Shown here piece by piece: positions 1 through 13,800 of a stretch of 64,000 bases of DNA. Within the stretch, counting starts at the first letter, position 1, and the number at the start of each line of letters is the position of its first letter. The position numbers were made by a program, and so were the translations under genes. The DNA lies in assembly GCA_001642005.1 (NCBI GenBank), contig LWCA01000017.1, positions 22,040-86,039 on the forward strand, written 5' to 3'. The DNA is from Intoshia linei (Eukaryota; Animalia; Orthonectida). The notes beneath the pieces were generated by a model that had not been told where the DNA came from, did not search any database, and was given only the letters and a program-made list of their open reading frames with translations.

Positions 1-1011
1 AAAAAATTTAAAATAACCCTGACAGGAATAGTCTATTAAGTCTTAGTCTAAGATTATTTCTTAATTACCTGAAAACGGTTCCAAAGGAAGTATCATATAT
101 GGTATCGTAATTGATTATTAATTGCTCAATAATAATCTGCAAAATTCCAAATTCAGAGGTGTCTGTGGTAGGAGAAATGGTAAATGGTATAATCAGAGAT
201 AAATTAGCAGCGTCCATTTTATTCTTATGGGAATTTTGATGAATACTAAAATTTTATTAATTTCTAGATTGTACTTGCTAGTGCAAATTTGAAAGTAGTG
301 ATTACAAGTTAAGACATCCAAAGAAATATCTTTGTGTTACGTATTCGGCATTTCTCAATTTAGCCAAGGCTTCAATAAGTTGTTCTTTCAAAATGTGTTG
401 AATTTTGGCAGAATTTTTGACATTATCTACAAATTTAGTATTTAAAAAAAATTACAATGTATAATTTAAATAATTTACTAATATTGTTATTTAAAATTGT
501 GATTTGAGAAATAAAATTTTGAGGTAGCAATGTAGTGTGCAAAGATTTAATAAATTTCTTTAATGCGCTAGTGACATTGTGAATATTTTTACTAATTAAA
601 AATACATCAACATTTTTCTCTACAAAATTTAAAATTACTTGAGTAGAAATTACAAAATATTACTTGCCACTATTGACTTGATAAACGCATTGGTTTCATA
701 AATTGATCCAGAGTGACGAAATATACCCACAGCATTGGTATCTTAATAAAACAAAATATATTTAACTTGCATTTTATAAAATTACTTTTAGCAATAAAAT
801 CACAACAAATTATAACAAATTGCGGTATATCCACTTTAAAAATCTAAAAAAAAATTTTATTTTTTTTTATTATATTTTACTGTATTATATATATCCAAAT
901 CGCATTTATATGGACTTTCGAGCAAACGGTCACATACTAGAATCTCTTTATTATGGTTCTGATCGTGAAACGATTTCATGTTTTCTTCTATATTTTTTAT
1001 TACATACGATC
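1..1011 (-). CDS. RhoGAP domain exons; likely 3' part of an srGAP/ARHGAP4-like gene; appears to continue off the window start
   Basis: Spliced translation IFKVDIPQFVIICCDFIAK|NTNAVGIFRHSGSIYETNAFIKSI...NIHNVTSALKKFIKSLHTTLLP...KMDAANLSLII shows the RhoGAP arginine finger (GIFR), the LKxF helix and the MxxxNL motif. Exons are separated by short GT-AG introns. Confidence 0.8.
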
Positions 1012-1379
1012 TAAAATAATACTAATATAATGTTTCAAATTATTAATTTTTTTGGTTTGTCCTTAAAAAATTTAAATCTCCCAGGTTGGGAAACGCGGCT
1101 TTACTAGATTAATATTCAATTTTATCTTACTTTTTAATAATCTCGTTCCCTAAAACCTAAACCTAAAACCCTAGATGTGTGAAAAATTGCCAATTGCCAA
1201 TTGCAAACAAAATTATTAAAAATACGCATATTCTTTGTGGTTAGCAACTATCAATTGACTAAAAATATATTCCTTAATACAACTTTTCTTAAAGTTAATA
1301 CGCATTAATATGTAATCGTTGATTATTTTGGATGTCTAATTTATATATTAAAATCTATATTTTGTTGAATAATTTTTAT

Positions 1380-4300
1380 AAATTAAGAACCTCGTCTCCA
1401 ATGCCCCATTCGAAATTGCATACAGATAGAATAAGTGATGTACTATATGTTCCCTTATTGCTGGACTGGCTTTGTGAAGTTGCATTTCGATAGTCATATT
1501 CATAAATTAATTTGTTTTGTTCGGATATTGCATCAAGAGCGGCGTCGATTTTTATTTTGAGCTATTTCAATGGAATTGTATTATAATGGCATGCAATTAA
1601 TGCATATCATAAATTATATATAACTATTTGTATGTATGTCTGTTTGTCTATTTGCCTGTCTGTGTTAATTTTACAGTATATTCCAGTGGTTCTCAACTCA
1701 TTTTTTCTCATTCTACCCATGACCCTTTATATTTTTTCACGCACTCTATTTATTATTACCCCACAATAAAAGTACACTTTTTTATCAATTTTACCTCTTT
1801 TAAATCTGATTCTATAATTTGAACTTCATCTTTGTAATGAACTGCTTCTTTGATGTTATTTTCATAGATCCCTTCATGAGTATCATAAAATATCATCTAA
1901 AATAATATAGTATTATTTGAAGCAACTAAAATATAAGCACTACAAATTAGTCATATGTAAATGTCATAAACAAAGGTGTACCAGCAAAATTATTTATTTT
2001 ATTTTTATAAAGTACACTATTGCAGAGATCCCAGATGTTTGAATTTTACTCAAAGTCTAGAGTCTAGACCAGCGCTACATTATTATTTAAAAAATCCTAC
2101 TTTTATTCCACCATTAATAAAAAATAGCATTTTAAGCCCTTTGTTTAAAAATCTCCTTTATCCAATATTTTTTGAAAAATTCAATTTTACCAAACCTTAC
2201 GAGAAAAAACTCTCAATCCAACCCTAAATAAAAAAAATCCATTTTTACAAAGAATTATGCGTTAATTTAAGGTCAAAGATACATTTCCGATATTTTTTTG
2301 AAAAATTCAATTTTACATATATTCTTACAAGAAAAAACTATTAATCAACCACATAATAAAAAACCAATTTTAGCAACCATGAAGGGTAAAATTCCTTTTT
2401 CTGATATTTTTTTGAACAACTCAAAAACATGATAAAACTAAATAAAAAAATGATTTAATTATTACATTTATATCAGAACAATCATTTTTTTAATTGTAGG
2501 ACTATTAATTATTTCAAATTTTTTGTTTTAATACAATAGTTTCGAATAAAAAAAAATGAATTTTAAAGTATTTTTTGACCGTGAAGTCGTCACTAATTCA
2601 GATTGAATTTTTTTGTGTCTCTTAACAGGATACAACTGTACCATATGTACTTTTTTTTTTAAATTCTATAGCTGTTTTCATTTAAAAAAAAAATGGTAAT
2701 GTGGGTTTTCTTCGTAAAAATTATTTTTTTTGAGTTTTCCATTTATGATAATGTTTATTTAATGATGATGACTTATAAAACTATCCAGAATTTATGTTTA
2801 AAAAATTTTTAGGGCATGTTTTATTTTTAAAACAAAGGGTAATTTGGGGTTTTGACCATGAAGGTATGCGTTTCTGAGGCTGAGATTAACAGCAATGTTA
2901 ATGATTTTAAAACGCGTTCCAGAATACTCCGTTTTTATTTTTATTACATTTAAGAGTATATTTTTTATTAAATTTTTGGGTTGATTTTGGGTTGATTTTT
3001 GGTTGATTTTTGGCTCATTTTTTTTTAAATAAACATGCAAATTGGGTTTTTGACCCTGAAGGATTGAAATTCTGAAACTAAAAAATGAATAAAAACATGT
3101 CCTGGGAAAAACGTTATTAGATACTGAGTTTTTTAAATCCTGCGACTGTTAATTTTTCAATAAATGGTTACACACACAGACATTTATTTTTATATAAGTG
3201 AAGGATTTGTATCTCAAAATCAGCAAATCAACCACCTTGCTCATAAATGATAAAAATTAAAGTATTATTATTAGTGATACTTAATCAAATCACCTGATTC
3301 CCACGTAAAGACCCGTAATCTGTATCGTCCTCGTTCACTATTAAATCGATACCATCCTTGAACGGTTGCATTATGTAGGAATTTATATTATTTGAATATT
3401 CTTGATATTCTTCTGATAAAGTTTTGTACATAGACATTTCATACAGTAGCAACTGATCTTCCCTGTCTCTTAAACCAAATTCAAATAACTAGGTAGCAGA
3501 TTTTATAGATTTTTTATCAAAATGAATATTATTAAAATTACTTTTAGTGTTTCAGGGTACACATCACATCGAACATATTTTATGAGGTCTGCAAATGTAG
3601 CTATATCTGATTGTTGTAAGTTGATAAAATTCATGCTTTGATAAAACATTTTTTCGTTTTTTTTCTTTTTTTTCTATTAAATTCAGTTTATGAACATGAT
3701 TACCTTTATATTATTAACTAATAAATTGATAAATTAAGTGTTTTATCTTAAACTGTGGCCACTGGACACTGCAGTGGCATTTGTCAACTTCTCTGTCGTA
3801 TGTAGTAATATTTATAGCACTGTAGGCTAGGTGTTAGTATATATCAATAGCTAATAGCTTAACTAATTTTTCGAAAAAAATGAAGGATTTATGAGAAATT
3901 TATGAGATTTCCACTCATATCTCTTTATTGGAAATGTGTAGACGTTCAATGCAAATTTTTTTTGAAATTGTCAGAGGATTATTTTACTTTTTCATTTTTA
4001 ATTTTAATCCAACAGTTGAAAAATATGGGTTGATAAAATAAAAATATTAAAAGTTATTTTTTACCCGGAATGTGTAGATTTCTGGGGTTGAAAATTTGTA
4101 TTTATATCAACTGGAATAAGCTGCATCTGAATAATCTTTTTTTTATTTATAGGACCGTTAATTATTTCAAATTGTTAGTTGTAATAAAATAGTTTCGAAA
4201 TAAAAAAAATAAATACTAAAGTGCCTTTTTGACCATAAAGGCGTAATTTTGTCAGATTGAATTTTTTGTGTGTTTGTTTACAAAATATAACACTATTATC

Positions 4301-7260
4301 TGTATTTTTTTTAGTAAATCTAGGATTATTTTCATTTTTAAAAAAAAAGGTAATTTGTGGTTTTGACCATGAAGGTGTGCGTTTCTGATGCTGAGATGTA
4401 CGACAATGTTAATGATTTTAAAACGCATCCCAGAATTTATATTTTATTAAATTTTTGGACTGATTTTATTTTTAAACAAAATAGAAAATTGGGTTTTTAA
4501 CCCTGACTAAATGACTAAATTCGGAAAATTTTTATAAAATTGGAATAATTTTTCCAAGTTAATGATTAAAAAATTATGTGCATATCAAGATTGAACATCA
4601 ACTATTTCTTTTGTTAAATTTAAAATATCAAGCAAAAGCCTTAGATTAGTGGTTTTAAAACTTTTTCAACCATAGACCACTTGTCACAAAAAAAAATGTG
4701 TGTAGACCACATAATTTTTTTAAAAAATCCCCTTAAACCTGAACACGTCACTAAGGTAATATTTTGATTTTTTTATTATATATTCCTCCTTAAATCAAAA
4801 ATTTTACATTAATTTTGACAAGGTAGCTTCAATGGCGTAATTAAAAAAATTCTTAATTTCAAACATACTTATTGCGAACTACCAGTGCCGTATGCGAGAT
4901 CCTTGCACCGAGGGATCTCGACGAAATTTTTTTAAAAATGGAGGCTTTAATTTATTAAATTGAGCATTAATAAAATTCTTGAATATGAACTAATTTGAGT
5001 GTTTAATTTAAAATGTCAACTCAAGAGTCTTAGAAAGGTGAATAGGGTTATATGACATTATAATTCGTTTACAACATTTTTTCATGGGCTATTTTTCATT
5101 TTTGAAGTGGCAACGGGTTTGCTAGGTTCGATTACTAAACTACTAAACTACTACCAATCGACGAAAACTACTACAGAACTAAGTTAAATCGTTGGATAGA
5201 TTAAATTTAACGCATGTAAAAATTATTCACGTTATTCAGTAAATTTTCACTTTATTTTGATTAAATGATGTTTACGTTCACTAATTAATAGTAAATAATA
5301 TTATTTATAATAGTATTATTAATTAATTATTATTGTTAAAAAAGGTTATATTCATGTTATTTAATTTTTTTTATTATATAACATGTTATATATTATTTTT
5401 TCTTATAGACCACCTATAATTTCCTGTGGACCACTTTGGCAACCACTGCCTTAAATAGATGTGTAGGTCTATATCAAGAATTTTCAACGGTTGGCGAATC
5501 GTCCCTTGGGAATAATTTTCTAATCTAGGGAAAATTTTTCTATTTTAATTCACAAATACATAATCTAATAAATTTTTTTAAGGTCAATAATTATTCTTCG
5601 TCATTAGATTAAAATGTTAAATTCCTTTCCTTAAATTTCATAGCTAAAATATCATACAAATATATCACAATTTTTACTTCATACAATTAACAAACACACA
5701 ATTCATACAAATGTCGATCTTACAATTTGTTGGGGTTTATTTGTAATTATTGGTGGTCCTAAGCTTGGCACATGTAGGTTCGCCTCTGCATATGTTTAAC
5801 ATAACTTATAAGGGAATTATACATTGTATATCAATTTGAAATAGTTTATCCATACAAAATATTCAATTTTCATATAATATTTAAATGAATCGCCCATGTT
5901 GAGAATCGCTATGTTAAATATTAATTATGTATCTTAGTATACTTAAGACATATAAAAGCTTTTAAAATGTAGTATAATTTGCGATATAAATTAAATTCAT
6001 GAATTCATGAATAATTTAATAATAAATAAATGAATACATAAATAATAGTTAATTACTATTTATTTTACCTCGTTATATGTCAAAAACTTTGCCACTTTTT
6101 TTTGGTTGCTTGTAAATTCTTTCATGTTCTAAAATTTTCAAAATGAATATCTATAAATTTAGAAATTAGTGATACCTGCATGATTTTATCGCCATATTTG
6201 AAAACGTAATTATTTATTTCAATATATGCGCTTTTCGTCTAAATTCAATTAAAAGTACATCAATTAAATATAATTAATTATTTGAAGCGTCTCTACATTA
6301 TACAGTTTTTTTACATTGTATTAACTTGGAAAACTTTTGGACCTAGTTCAGAATCTACCATACCGAGATTCTCTCTAAGGGATTCAAAAAAATTTTAGTA
6401 AAATTGTCACCCATTTTAGAGGCTACTTTCGCTACATTTCCAGTCAAACTACACCAGTAAATATGTAAAATAAATTTGTATGTATTGAATTAAAAAAATG
6501 AAATTAGTGCGTTAGTTGAATCATACCAAAAGAATTAGAAAAAACCCTACAATATCACATTTCAATGTCAAACTTGAAAAAAATTTTTTTAAAAAGTTAC
6601 ATGCTTGATGATTTGATTACACATGTTGACACAATTTGATGATAATGGAATCATGCGATTTGTATAATGATTAAATATTTCCATTTCATTGGTTTTATTG
6701 CGATTGACAATTTCCAGCATTTTATGTATTTCTGAATCTTTCTTTACCGAACTAAATAATAAAAAAGTTGTATAAATTATTTATTAAATTTTTAAGTTAA
6801 TTTCAAATTTACCAATCTTTAATTTTCATTTTAAATTTATCATGGATTTTTTTGAGGATTTTGCTATTATTCCCATGAACTTTGGCTAAATCTTTAAAGA
6901 GTTCATTACACATGAGATTATTATTGAGTTTTTCGGTATAACGCGTCTCAATATTACGAACAATATTGTAGAATTGTCCTCTTGGAACTAAATACATGTA
7001 AAACATCAAGATTTGTTTTACTCCGTGTCTGATTTTTGTTCATATTTAAATATGCGACTAAAAACTAATATTTTGAATAGATATCAACGATTTGCGGTTC
7101 ACCTGTAGATTCTATAAACTAAAATTATTTTACTTATAGTCAATATTTGAAGTAATCTATTTATTTTGTTACATCCAGTATTTGCTAATTTTTCTGTATG
7201 CGGTTATTTTTTGCAGGATATTTCCATTCTGTATTTGAATACATTTAAAGTTTAGTTTCA
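1380..7260 (-). CDS. Multi-exon F-BAR/FCH-like coiled-coil region; probably the N-terminal half of the same srGAP-like gene
   Basis: Exons near 6790-6990 (ELFKDLAKVHGNNSKILKKIHDKFKMK), 6600-6750 (NHYTNRMIP), 6175-6240, 6070-6130, 3290-3700 (KYVRCDVYPETLK|LFEFG), 1795-1897 and 1390-1562. Residue spacing matches the srGAP F-BAR (DFFRKKAEIEMDYSRNLEKLAERFLAK; DIYLNNIIP) by eye. Start codon not resolved. Confidence 0.55.
4647..5448. mobile_element. Non-autonomous hAT-type element
   Basis: Ends TAGTGGTT...AACCACTG; 8-bp TSD ccttagat/ccttaaat; subterminal 'agaccac' repeats. Confidence 0.65.
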
Positions 7261-9246
7261 TCTTCAAAAAAACGCTTTAAAGAGTTACATTAACATTAGT
7301 TTTATGTATAAAATAAATTAGTTTAGTTATCGTTCTAAATATATAAGAAATGTTTTCAAATTGATCTACATTAAAAAATAAACCAAATAATGATGAAAAT
7401 TAAACAAATTAAAAATACATTATTCAGACAACATTTAAGTAAGCTATAGTGACTTGCAATTGAGATTTAGAGCATTTTTCAGTTAGAGGTATTTTTGTAT
7501 TTAAATATAAAAAGGGTTTAGAGTAGGGTCTTCAATGGGGCGGTATCGCCCCTGGGCCATTTATCGGAATTATCAAAATCTTTCAAAAAGCAATGTGATA
7601 TTTTTACGAATACTGTGAAAATATCAGATAGAGCTCAGCAGGCCAGTTATCTAGTTGTTCAAATAGTGACCAAAAATAAAAAACCACTCAACAGCAGAAA
7701 ATATTATTATAGAATCTGAAATATATACATCAACATTCCAGCGAAAAACTGTACTAGAAAATGGGTTTTTTTAATTCTAAAGCTGTTATTTTTATTTGTG
7801 TGTCACGAAAATTTTTGAGATTGAAATGCGTGTCGCGAACCAAAAATTGTTGGAAAGCACTGCCTTATACACTACAAGCCATATCATCAAAATCTTTATT
7901 TTTTAATTTCTTTTTAATGAAAACAGCCCTAGAATTTAAACAAATTTACAGGTGGTTAGTTGTATCCTGTTAACACACACGTTGAATTTCAATCTCTAAG
8001 TGACGCCTTTACGGTCAAAAAAGCATTTTAGTATTTATATATTTTTTTTCCAAATATTTTATTAAAACAAAAAATGTGAAACAATTAACGGTCCGAGAAT
8101 TAAAAAAAAATTATTCTGATAGAGCTTATTCCAGTTGATATAAATATAAAAGTTCAACCCGACAAATCTACGCATTCCCGATGAAAAATAATTTTTAATA
8201 TATTATCAACCAATATTTTTCAAATATTTCGATTAAAATAAAAATGTAAATATTGATCNATGTTTAACATTATTCTTTATTTACTATTCTAAACGTCCTT
8301 GAAAGATTACAAAGTCTTAGAAATATTTAATTGTTAATTAAAGATTTATAATATTCTTCAAAACTTTACAAAGTATAAGATATAATTTTATTTTTTCTGG
8401 AATTTATGCTATTTATCACAATTTTTAGGATTGGACTGTTTTTAGTTTATTTTTAGATGTTAACAAACAAAAAATTAAGATGGAATAATTCACTTTAAAG
8501 TAAAAAGTAATGTGATATGATGGTTCCACCTGACACAAATTTGGGAACCACTTTAAAAGATTGATAATAGTGAATAGTAAGATTTTTAAATTAGATTTTC
8601 AACGTGAATTTATTTTTTAAGTATAATAAAAATGTGCCCTCGGAAGAGCTAGGTCCTGTTTGCATGTAGTACATAGCAGTCAACCTGGTGTATTATAAAA
8701 TTATAGGACTATCTTAATTTTTACAAAAAAGGGTAATTTGTGATTTTGATTAAATAAACATACATACATTTTTAATTATTTTACTTTACATAACAACATA
8801 AGTAATTTACTGTCTTTAAATCATTTACATCTACATTACTGTATTTATATAACTTTAATCATTATTACCTAATATTTATTGATATGCATTTTTACTAGTC
8901 AAGTTATGAAACAAAATATTTATGTACTTTACTATATTGATATTTTGTCTTTCATGTAGCAAATTCTATAAAAATTCAAATATACCAGGAAACTATAAAT
9001 TGCATTATTTATTTTAAATTTAATAAACATTTGATAAGTGCTCAATCAAAAACACATTGAAACATTTATTATAATTAACATTGCCATTGGAATGCGTGAA
9101 CGATTATCAAAAAATCTTTAAAATTTTCGTAAATATAAAAAAGACCCTAAACCAATAACGAAACACAACCACATGAAATAAAAAATGATAAAAACAGTCT
9201 ACTGTATATTAATATTTATTTCTAACAAAAGTTGTATATATGCAAG

Positions 9247-9850
9247 TTATTCGTGTGCTTTGTCATATGATTTGTCTCCTTTGTAATTTCCAACGTAGCC
9301 GGTATCATCTACAACATTTTCCCTGCCTTCTATACCTTTACCCTTTCCATCTAAAAATTGATACAAGACATTTTAACATTAAACCTTTATCAAATCGTTC
9401 TTTATGCGCTCCAGTATAATTATTTGTGTCAGTCATTCTTTTAGTAATACCAGAATTTGTTTGTTTCTTAGTATGACATGAATAAATATACTAAATATAA
9501 CTTACTGTTCCCTTCAATTGCTTTGTAGCTCCAGTCAACTTTTCAGACATTTTTGAAACAGCATCTTCTATGGAAATTTTTTTATCCTTTGCATAATTTT
9601 TCGCCATTTCCTCTACAACACATTTAAATTCTTTAAAATTAATGGTTCTAAATTAAATTTAAGAAAAGAAATTTAAAAAATGAAACTTTTTCTTTTTATC
9701 TTTACACTTTGAAAATGCTATATCTAGCGAATTTGATGAACAGGAAGGCTTAGTAAAGCACTTTGCATCAGTAAACCATTTGTTTATATCCTTTGTTGTG
9801 GCTTCAGTACCCTTTGAACAAAAACTGTTGAATGTTTCTTCAAAAGACAT
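9247..9850 (-). CDS. TPPP: Tubulin polymerization-promoting protein (p25alpha family), 4 exons
   Basis: [10 protein letters not shown]...KWFTDAK...LDIAFSKCK...TINFKEF...[18 protein letters not shown]|[12 protein letters not shown]...GYVGNYKG...YD*. Introns about 34-39 nt. Confidence 0.93.
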
Positions 9851-10405
9851 AATATTTTAAAAAATGAATAAATTTCAAAAATGTTTTTCAAGAATGCGTC
9901 TGAACTCATTGTAGTCAAAACAAAACCATACACTAACTCAATTCAGGTTTATTAGACATTAAAAAAATCAACCTATCGATAAATATGTTTATATATATTA
10001 ACTGCATATTTTAAATTTTTACGATTAATTATATTTTCACTTTGATAAATTGAATTTATTGAAATAATTAAAATATTTATTGATTTAAAATTTCTGAAGG
10101 ATTTCTAATGCTAAACTTTTTTTGTCCCATTTTATCTATCCATAAATAATTTGATTTAATTATTTTTAAACTATCTTCGTATTCCACGTAGTCATCATAA
10201 TTTTTTGGTCCATATGTTGATTTTACTACCAAGACCTAAATTTTAATAATAGAAAATTAATCAAAATAATTAGCAAGTTTTTCCATTGCCATTTAGTTAT
10301 TTGTGCACAGAATTCTAACACAATCTCTGTTCTACAAATTAAATTTTTAAACTAATGTAGTGCACACAATTTATTTTATTTAATATTATGTTGATTGAGT
10401 CTAAT

Positions 10406-10837
10406 TCTTACTTATATAAAATTGAATGTTTGTGTGTTACCGTTTATTTATAAAATTAACAGTCATAATTTAAAAATCCTGAATTTCCTGATATAATTTT
10501 GAGATTTATTTCAATGTTGGTAACATTGCTTCACCCGAAATAATTGATAGAGGAAAAAGGGTGTCTACTTAAATCCAACATATCTAAAATCCAACCATTT
10601 TTACTAAAAATCCAATTTTACCGAATTGCAGAGTATTCCATAAAAACCCTATAAACTCCCCTTAACTGTAGGTAAAAGTGGAATTTTTCCCAAAGGGCTA
10701 GTAAAATTGGTTGGATTTTAAATATTTATGATATTAAAAATTTTATTTATTTCAGAATTCATGTTATTTACGATGATTAAATTATCCCTCGGGAAAGCTA
10801 GCTGACTGTTTGTACGAAGTAGTTAACAGTCAACTAG
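10406..10837 (+). mobile_element. Short non-autonomous Helitron copy
   Basis: 5' tcttacttatataa plus TG-rich tract; 3' hairpin tgactgtt...aacagtca followed by CTAG|T at 10834-10837. Confidence 0.7.
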
Positions 10838-10841
10838 TATA

Positions 10842-13800
10842 TTAATAATAAGGACTTGCATTAAATAATTTTTGATTCCTGTTATATTTGTAGTGTAGTA
10901 TGATGTATATGCCATAAATTATTGGTATAAACAAAACGATATTGGCTACAACTATTCCAGTTATTTGAACATTATTATTTAGTGCAATATCAGATATAGT
11001 CGTGTAAAAGGCTCCAATTAAAAGTATCTACTTTAATATTATTAAAAATTATCAAAAATTGTTTGGTTCTACCAGCAACGTTAAAGGTGTGAGAAACATC
11101 CACATTATGGTCCATATTATGTTTAATTTGGATTGAAGCATTAATTCAATGTCTGCAACAAATCTTTTTATACCTAAAAAGCAGATTCAACAAAATATAA
11201 AATTAATCAAAAGTAGTTGTCATGCACCGGTGGGAGTTGGGGCTTGCAATCTAAATGTTATTTATTTAAATGTTAATGAATGAAATATGGTTTAAGACTT
11301 AAATTCAAGAGTTAGAGGTAACTCTCATACATGTATTCGTGATGGTTATCTTTGCTCATTTTACGTTAACTTAATGTACGTATTTTCGAATTTCTGTACC
11401 ATAAATGTACGCTACAGCAATCGTTTCACAAAGAGAAAAAAATATCATGGTAAATACAACGACATAATCGTTCAACATAAGTATTATGTAGTAGCCTGCC
11501 TAAATTTATCATTAAAAGTTTATTTAATTGTCATTACATCTGTAACGCAAATTATTCCGCAACAAAAAAATAAAAAGCATAGAGTAAAATTCAACAGTAT
11601 ATTAAATCGTCGTAATTTTGGAAATTGATCCAGTAAACTGCACGTTACAGTTTGAAGCATGGCAAACTAAAATTTACACTATTATTTATTATTTATGAAT
11701 AATAATATAATAAGTACAATGTACTTATAATATATATACTTATAGTACTTATAGTATATAAGTCTTATATACATAAACAGTATATAAAAATAATATACTT
11801 GCGAATCCATTCCAATTAATAATATAGTAAAGAAAAACATGACAGACCATAATTGAGGTATTTGCAGTTGAGACATTACAGCCGGAAATGCAATAAATAT
11901 TAATCCAATTCCTGTATATGAATATATCATAATTTGAATAATTATTATTAATAATACTAAACGTACCACTCTCGTTATCCACAATATGTATATCACTTCC
12001 AAGGTCATTGGCTAAATTACCCAACATTGCAAAAACTGATAATCCAAAAAATACACTAGATATACTAGTTACCAAAGGTACGATGATTGAATCCCTAAAA
12101 ATAAAAATGTTCATTGAGAATTTAAACTTATACCGACTTAAATTATTATGAAATTTATTGTAACTAGAATATGTTATTACTGCACCTAAAAAATAAAATA
12201 CATATAAACCAGAGGTGGCCAAATTATGGCCTGAAATGGTTATCTAACAAAATGCACTAAATGTTTGACATTTCCGACACGTATAATAAGATAAATTTCA
12301 ACCTTCAATTTCACATCTTAAGGGTCAAAAACCCCAGTTGTCCCCTCTTTTTGAAAATCAAACCAGTTGGAGAATTTAAAAAAATATATCTTCAGGGCTA
12401 AAACCCCAAATTACCCTTTTTTTAATGAAAAGAGCCCTAGAATTTAGAAAAATTTACAGGTGGTACAGTTGTATCCTGTTAATACACACAAAAAATTTCA
12501 ATCTGAATAAGTAACGTCTTCACGGTCAAAAAAGCATTTTAGTATTCATATATTTTTTTCTGAAATATTTTATTAAAACAAAAAATGTGAATAATTTAAA
12601 AAAAAGATTATTCTGATAGAACTTATTCCAGTTAATATAACTACGAAATTTCAACCCCAGCAATCTACGCATTCCCGGTGAAAAATAATTTTTAATATAT
12701 TATCAACCAATATTTTTCAAATATTTCGAATTAAAATAAAAATGTAAATATTGATCGCTACAATTTCAAAAAAAATGTGCATTGAACGACTACACATTTC
12801 CAATAAAGACCTACAATTTCAAAAAAAATGTGCATTGAATATCTACACATTTCCCATAAAGAAATATGGGTGAAAATCTATATAATTCATTCCTTCTGAT
12901 TTTTTTTCATTGCTACGCAATTTTTAAATTTGAAATTCTCATTTTTAAGTTACATTTTCAACGTGAATTTATTTTTTTAATATAATAAAAATGTGCCCTC
13001 GACAGAGCTAGGTGCTGTTTGTACGTAGTACATTACAGTCAACCTAGTATATAATATTTTATTACCGTAATTTATCCTTTCAGATCTGTTTTTAGCTGTA
13101 TCGTTTGCCAATTTGCACAAAATCAACGTAGCAGCATTTATTCTTTCCTCCAATGTACCTAAAAAATCAAAAATTGAAAAAATATCATCATCTACCTAAT
13201 AAAGTCAAAATTTTTTCAGGTAAAAAATCTGAATCTTTGCGACTAATACTTATTTCAGCTCCACTTATTTCTTTGATACGTAAAACAGACTCACCTTTCG
13301 AGCCAATAATTAGACCAGCGGTATGATTTGGAATAAGTATTTTAAGCTATCAATTCAAGTTAATATACAAACAATAAATATTTAAATGAATAATCTTGCA
13401 TTACCGTTTTACTTCTACCAATAAATTCTTGAGAATTATTGACTAATCCGGATCTTTCTTCGATAATTTTGCAAATATTGGTGACTGCACTGATAATGAA
13501 TTGAACATTTCCAAAAAGTAGCATGTATCTTTCATTTTCACCTATAATGTAATATTTTTCGAATTTATTTTAATTTTGATATAAATGTTAAACCTGGAAA
13601 CAAGTCTTTGTTTCTCGACATTTCCAAATGGATATTGTAATCTTTCTGCATTTGTGTTATAACATCCCCACCCTTTCCAATAATCGCTCCAGCAGCAAAA
13701 TGAGGTATTAAAATTTTCATGGAGAACTCTATAAATAATTTATACTGTTGATAGTGTTTCTTACTTTTCGACATATTGTCCAAATCATTTGGTTTATTTT

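Noticed and set aside
1148-1172. Telomere-like (ccctaaa-type) stretch
   Set aside because: Only about three degenerate units; too short to support.
1628-3040. Short F/K/I/N-rich ORFs, also at 7761, 16798, 24241, 24424, 29365, 36422 and 56473
   Set aside because: They fall in MITE, Helitron or foldback repeats or AT-rich introns and look like chance ORFs.
11398-11500. Suspected frameshift in an SLC6 exon at a homopolymer run
   Set aside because: Recounting gives seven T, which keeps the frame (IFFSLCETIAVAYIYG).
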